Part shown: positions 61,947-64,000 of the stretch, one piece after another
How the letters are laid out: each line of letters opens with the position of its first letter
Numbering within the stretch: position 1 is the stretch's first letter
Assembly: GCF_003918875.1 (NCBI RefSeq)
Contig: NW_025765736.1
Coordinates: forward strand, 1,364,001-1,428,000
Source: Haliotis rubra
Lineage: Eukaryota
Reading direction: 5' to 3'
Length of the DNA stretch: 64,000 nt
The notes under the pieces: model-generated
Told to the model about the DNA's origin: nothing
What the model saw: only the letters and a program-made list of their open reading frames with translations
Database searches by the model: none
Translations under genes and position numbers: made by a program

Positions 61947-64000
61947 CTGGAAAAAGAGATATTTAAAAAGAATATAAATTAAATATAATCCATCTTATCG
62001 TGATAATTGTTTTACGCTCCTTTTGGCAATAATCCAGTGGCAACACCAAATATGGGATTCACTTACTGTACACCTATAGTTGGGAATTGAACCTGGTCCT
62101 TAAGAGAGTGAGTGAGTTAAAATTTAAAGTCACTTTTGGAATATTTCAGCCATATCGTGACTACCTGGTCCTTAAGCGTAACGAAATGCACACGCTAACT
62201 AACCGTTCACATACTCCTGATTGCGACAAATACCCTGACTGTAGTGAGTGAGTGAGTGAATGAGTTTTACGCCGCTTTTAGCAATATTCTAGCTATATCA
62301 CGGCGGGGGACACCAGAAATCGGCTTCAAATGACTAAGACCAACAGCGAACGTTGTTGATGCGATAAATGAAATAAATCTATGTTTCCTTCAACGAAGAG
62401 TGGACGAGATTGGGTGGTCAGGCTCGCTGACTAGGTTGACACATATTATCGTATCACAACTGCGTAGCATCGATGCTCATGCTGTTGATCACTGCATTGT
62501 CTGGCCCAGACTAGATTATTTACAGACTGCCGTCATATAACTGGAATATTGCTCAACGAAGAGTGAGTGAGTATGCTGGAATATTGCTAAAAGCGGCGTA
62601 AAACCAAACTCAGTCAGTCAACGAAGAGCTTCAAATATTTCCATGTTGATGGTGAGATGTATAATGAATAATTGTACATACATCACACGTCAATGCATAT
62701 GAATACATAATCATACCCTTTACAAAAGTTGGTTTTACTTTGTGAAATGGTTTTATATGCTACTTTTTGTAATATGGCAGGGACACCAGAAATCATCTTC
62801 ACACACTGTCCCCGAGCGGAGATTCGAACCCGGACCAGATTTTAACCACTACTTCCACCGTGAAGTGAATGTTATACGCTGCACGTATATCGTAAAGTAT
62901 ACACCGTATGACTACAGTTCCGGCGCATGGATAGCCCAGTCAATTAAGGTGACGCAGTTCGCTGTTTAGAGTTGCGTCCCTTGGGTACACCAGACACCTA
63001 TGGTTATGAGATCGAACCCCTGTTATGTTTCAGGGTTTGTCAGCAACATGCCCGTGCATGTCAGTGAGTGAGTTTAGTTTTACGCCTTTAACAATATTCC
63101 AGCAATATCATGGCGGGGGACACCAGAAACGGGTTTCACAACACATTGAACCCATGTCGGGAATCGAACCCAGGTGTTCGGTGTGACGAGCGAACGCTTT
63201 AACCACTACTAGGCTACCTTACCGCTTGTGGCAGTGACTGATTGCAAGATTAACATTTTATATGACGAGGCGGTACGTTTTAGGTTCGAGTAGGCGGTGT
63301 TAGAGTGAAAAAAAAATGTCGGTGGGGTGGGGGGTTCGGGGGAGAGGTTGGCTGGGCAATAAAGTTAGAAGGGTCGGTTGGGCGACGAGTAACGCAGAAA
63401 AGAAAAGACTAAAATGCACACTATTGGGTTGTTTCAATGGCGTGTCATCGCACAACACAATTTGTACATCACGTGAGTTTTTGTACTAATTTATAGCTGG
63501 AATACACATGTTCAGGGCCTAGGGTAAATTGGTGATAGTTCAGTGTAAACAAGAACATTATTTGGACATGGAAAAATACAACGGAATGTTAGGAGGGTTA
63601 TATCACACACTGATTTGAGCCGTGTCAGCAATTGTGAAGATTACAAGCCCCAACCACAAACGGAGGGTCAACACTACGATTTGTATTAATAGTGGCTTAA
63701 ATTGATATATAATGTGACTTAGTTGTGTTGCCTTCAGCAATAGTACATAATAAACACGAAAATATTGATACTACGCCAACAGAACGACCTAAGTATAACC
63801 ATGGTTAGGGCGGCCTTTTCCCGTCAACTTGCCCTAATCGAGTATACGCAATCACCGCTGTTACTGCAGAAACACATTCCCCGACCCCCCTCGCTTACCG
63901 CAGTGTAGGCAACAGAATCTGACCGTGGAACTGTTTAACTGGGTCAAAGAAAGTCCTGGCCACGAGAAAACTTGTGATCAGATCAATTGAAACAGCAGGA

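Noticed and set aside
63895-64000. First exon of CPTP paralog B
   Set aside because: A GT donor exists, but the translation does not resemble paralog A exon 1; the exon probably lies outside the window.

Overview
Eukaryotic, intron-containing, AT-rich animal DNA. The SINE families resemble those I associate with abalone/gastropod molluscs; this host assignment is inference only. From 0.9 to 44.2 kb lies a head-to-tail array of six minus-strand Hes/hairy-Enhancer of split genes (bHLH-Orange-WRPW). Five are intact; copy 3 has a +1 frameshift and copy 6 has precisely lost intron 1. All six lack the diagnostic basic-region proline and carry a DSGYAGS degron-like motif. All six have a K-box (miR-2-family site) just before the polyA signal of a short 3' UTR. 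They share a near-identical ~300-bp promoter with a Hairy-type GGCACGCGCC site. Each unit also has its own copies of several distal conserved non-coding modules: a proneural E-box module, a CRE/Sox module, a CTCF-like module and an Otx-type module, some of them inverted. Beyond the cluster are a nested transposon complex (50.6-52.7 kb) and a 2.1-kb P-superfamily-like element (53.0-55.1 kb), whose probable excision footprint sits in the 3' UTR of Hes copy 3. Two tandem CPTP/GLTPD1 paralogs follow (55.7-61.9 kb). SINEs, MITEs and one LINE 3' fragment fill the spacers. All motif-function assignments are sequence-based predictions.
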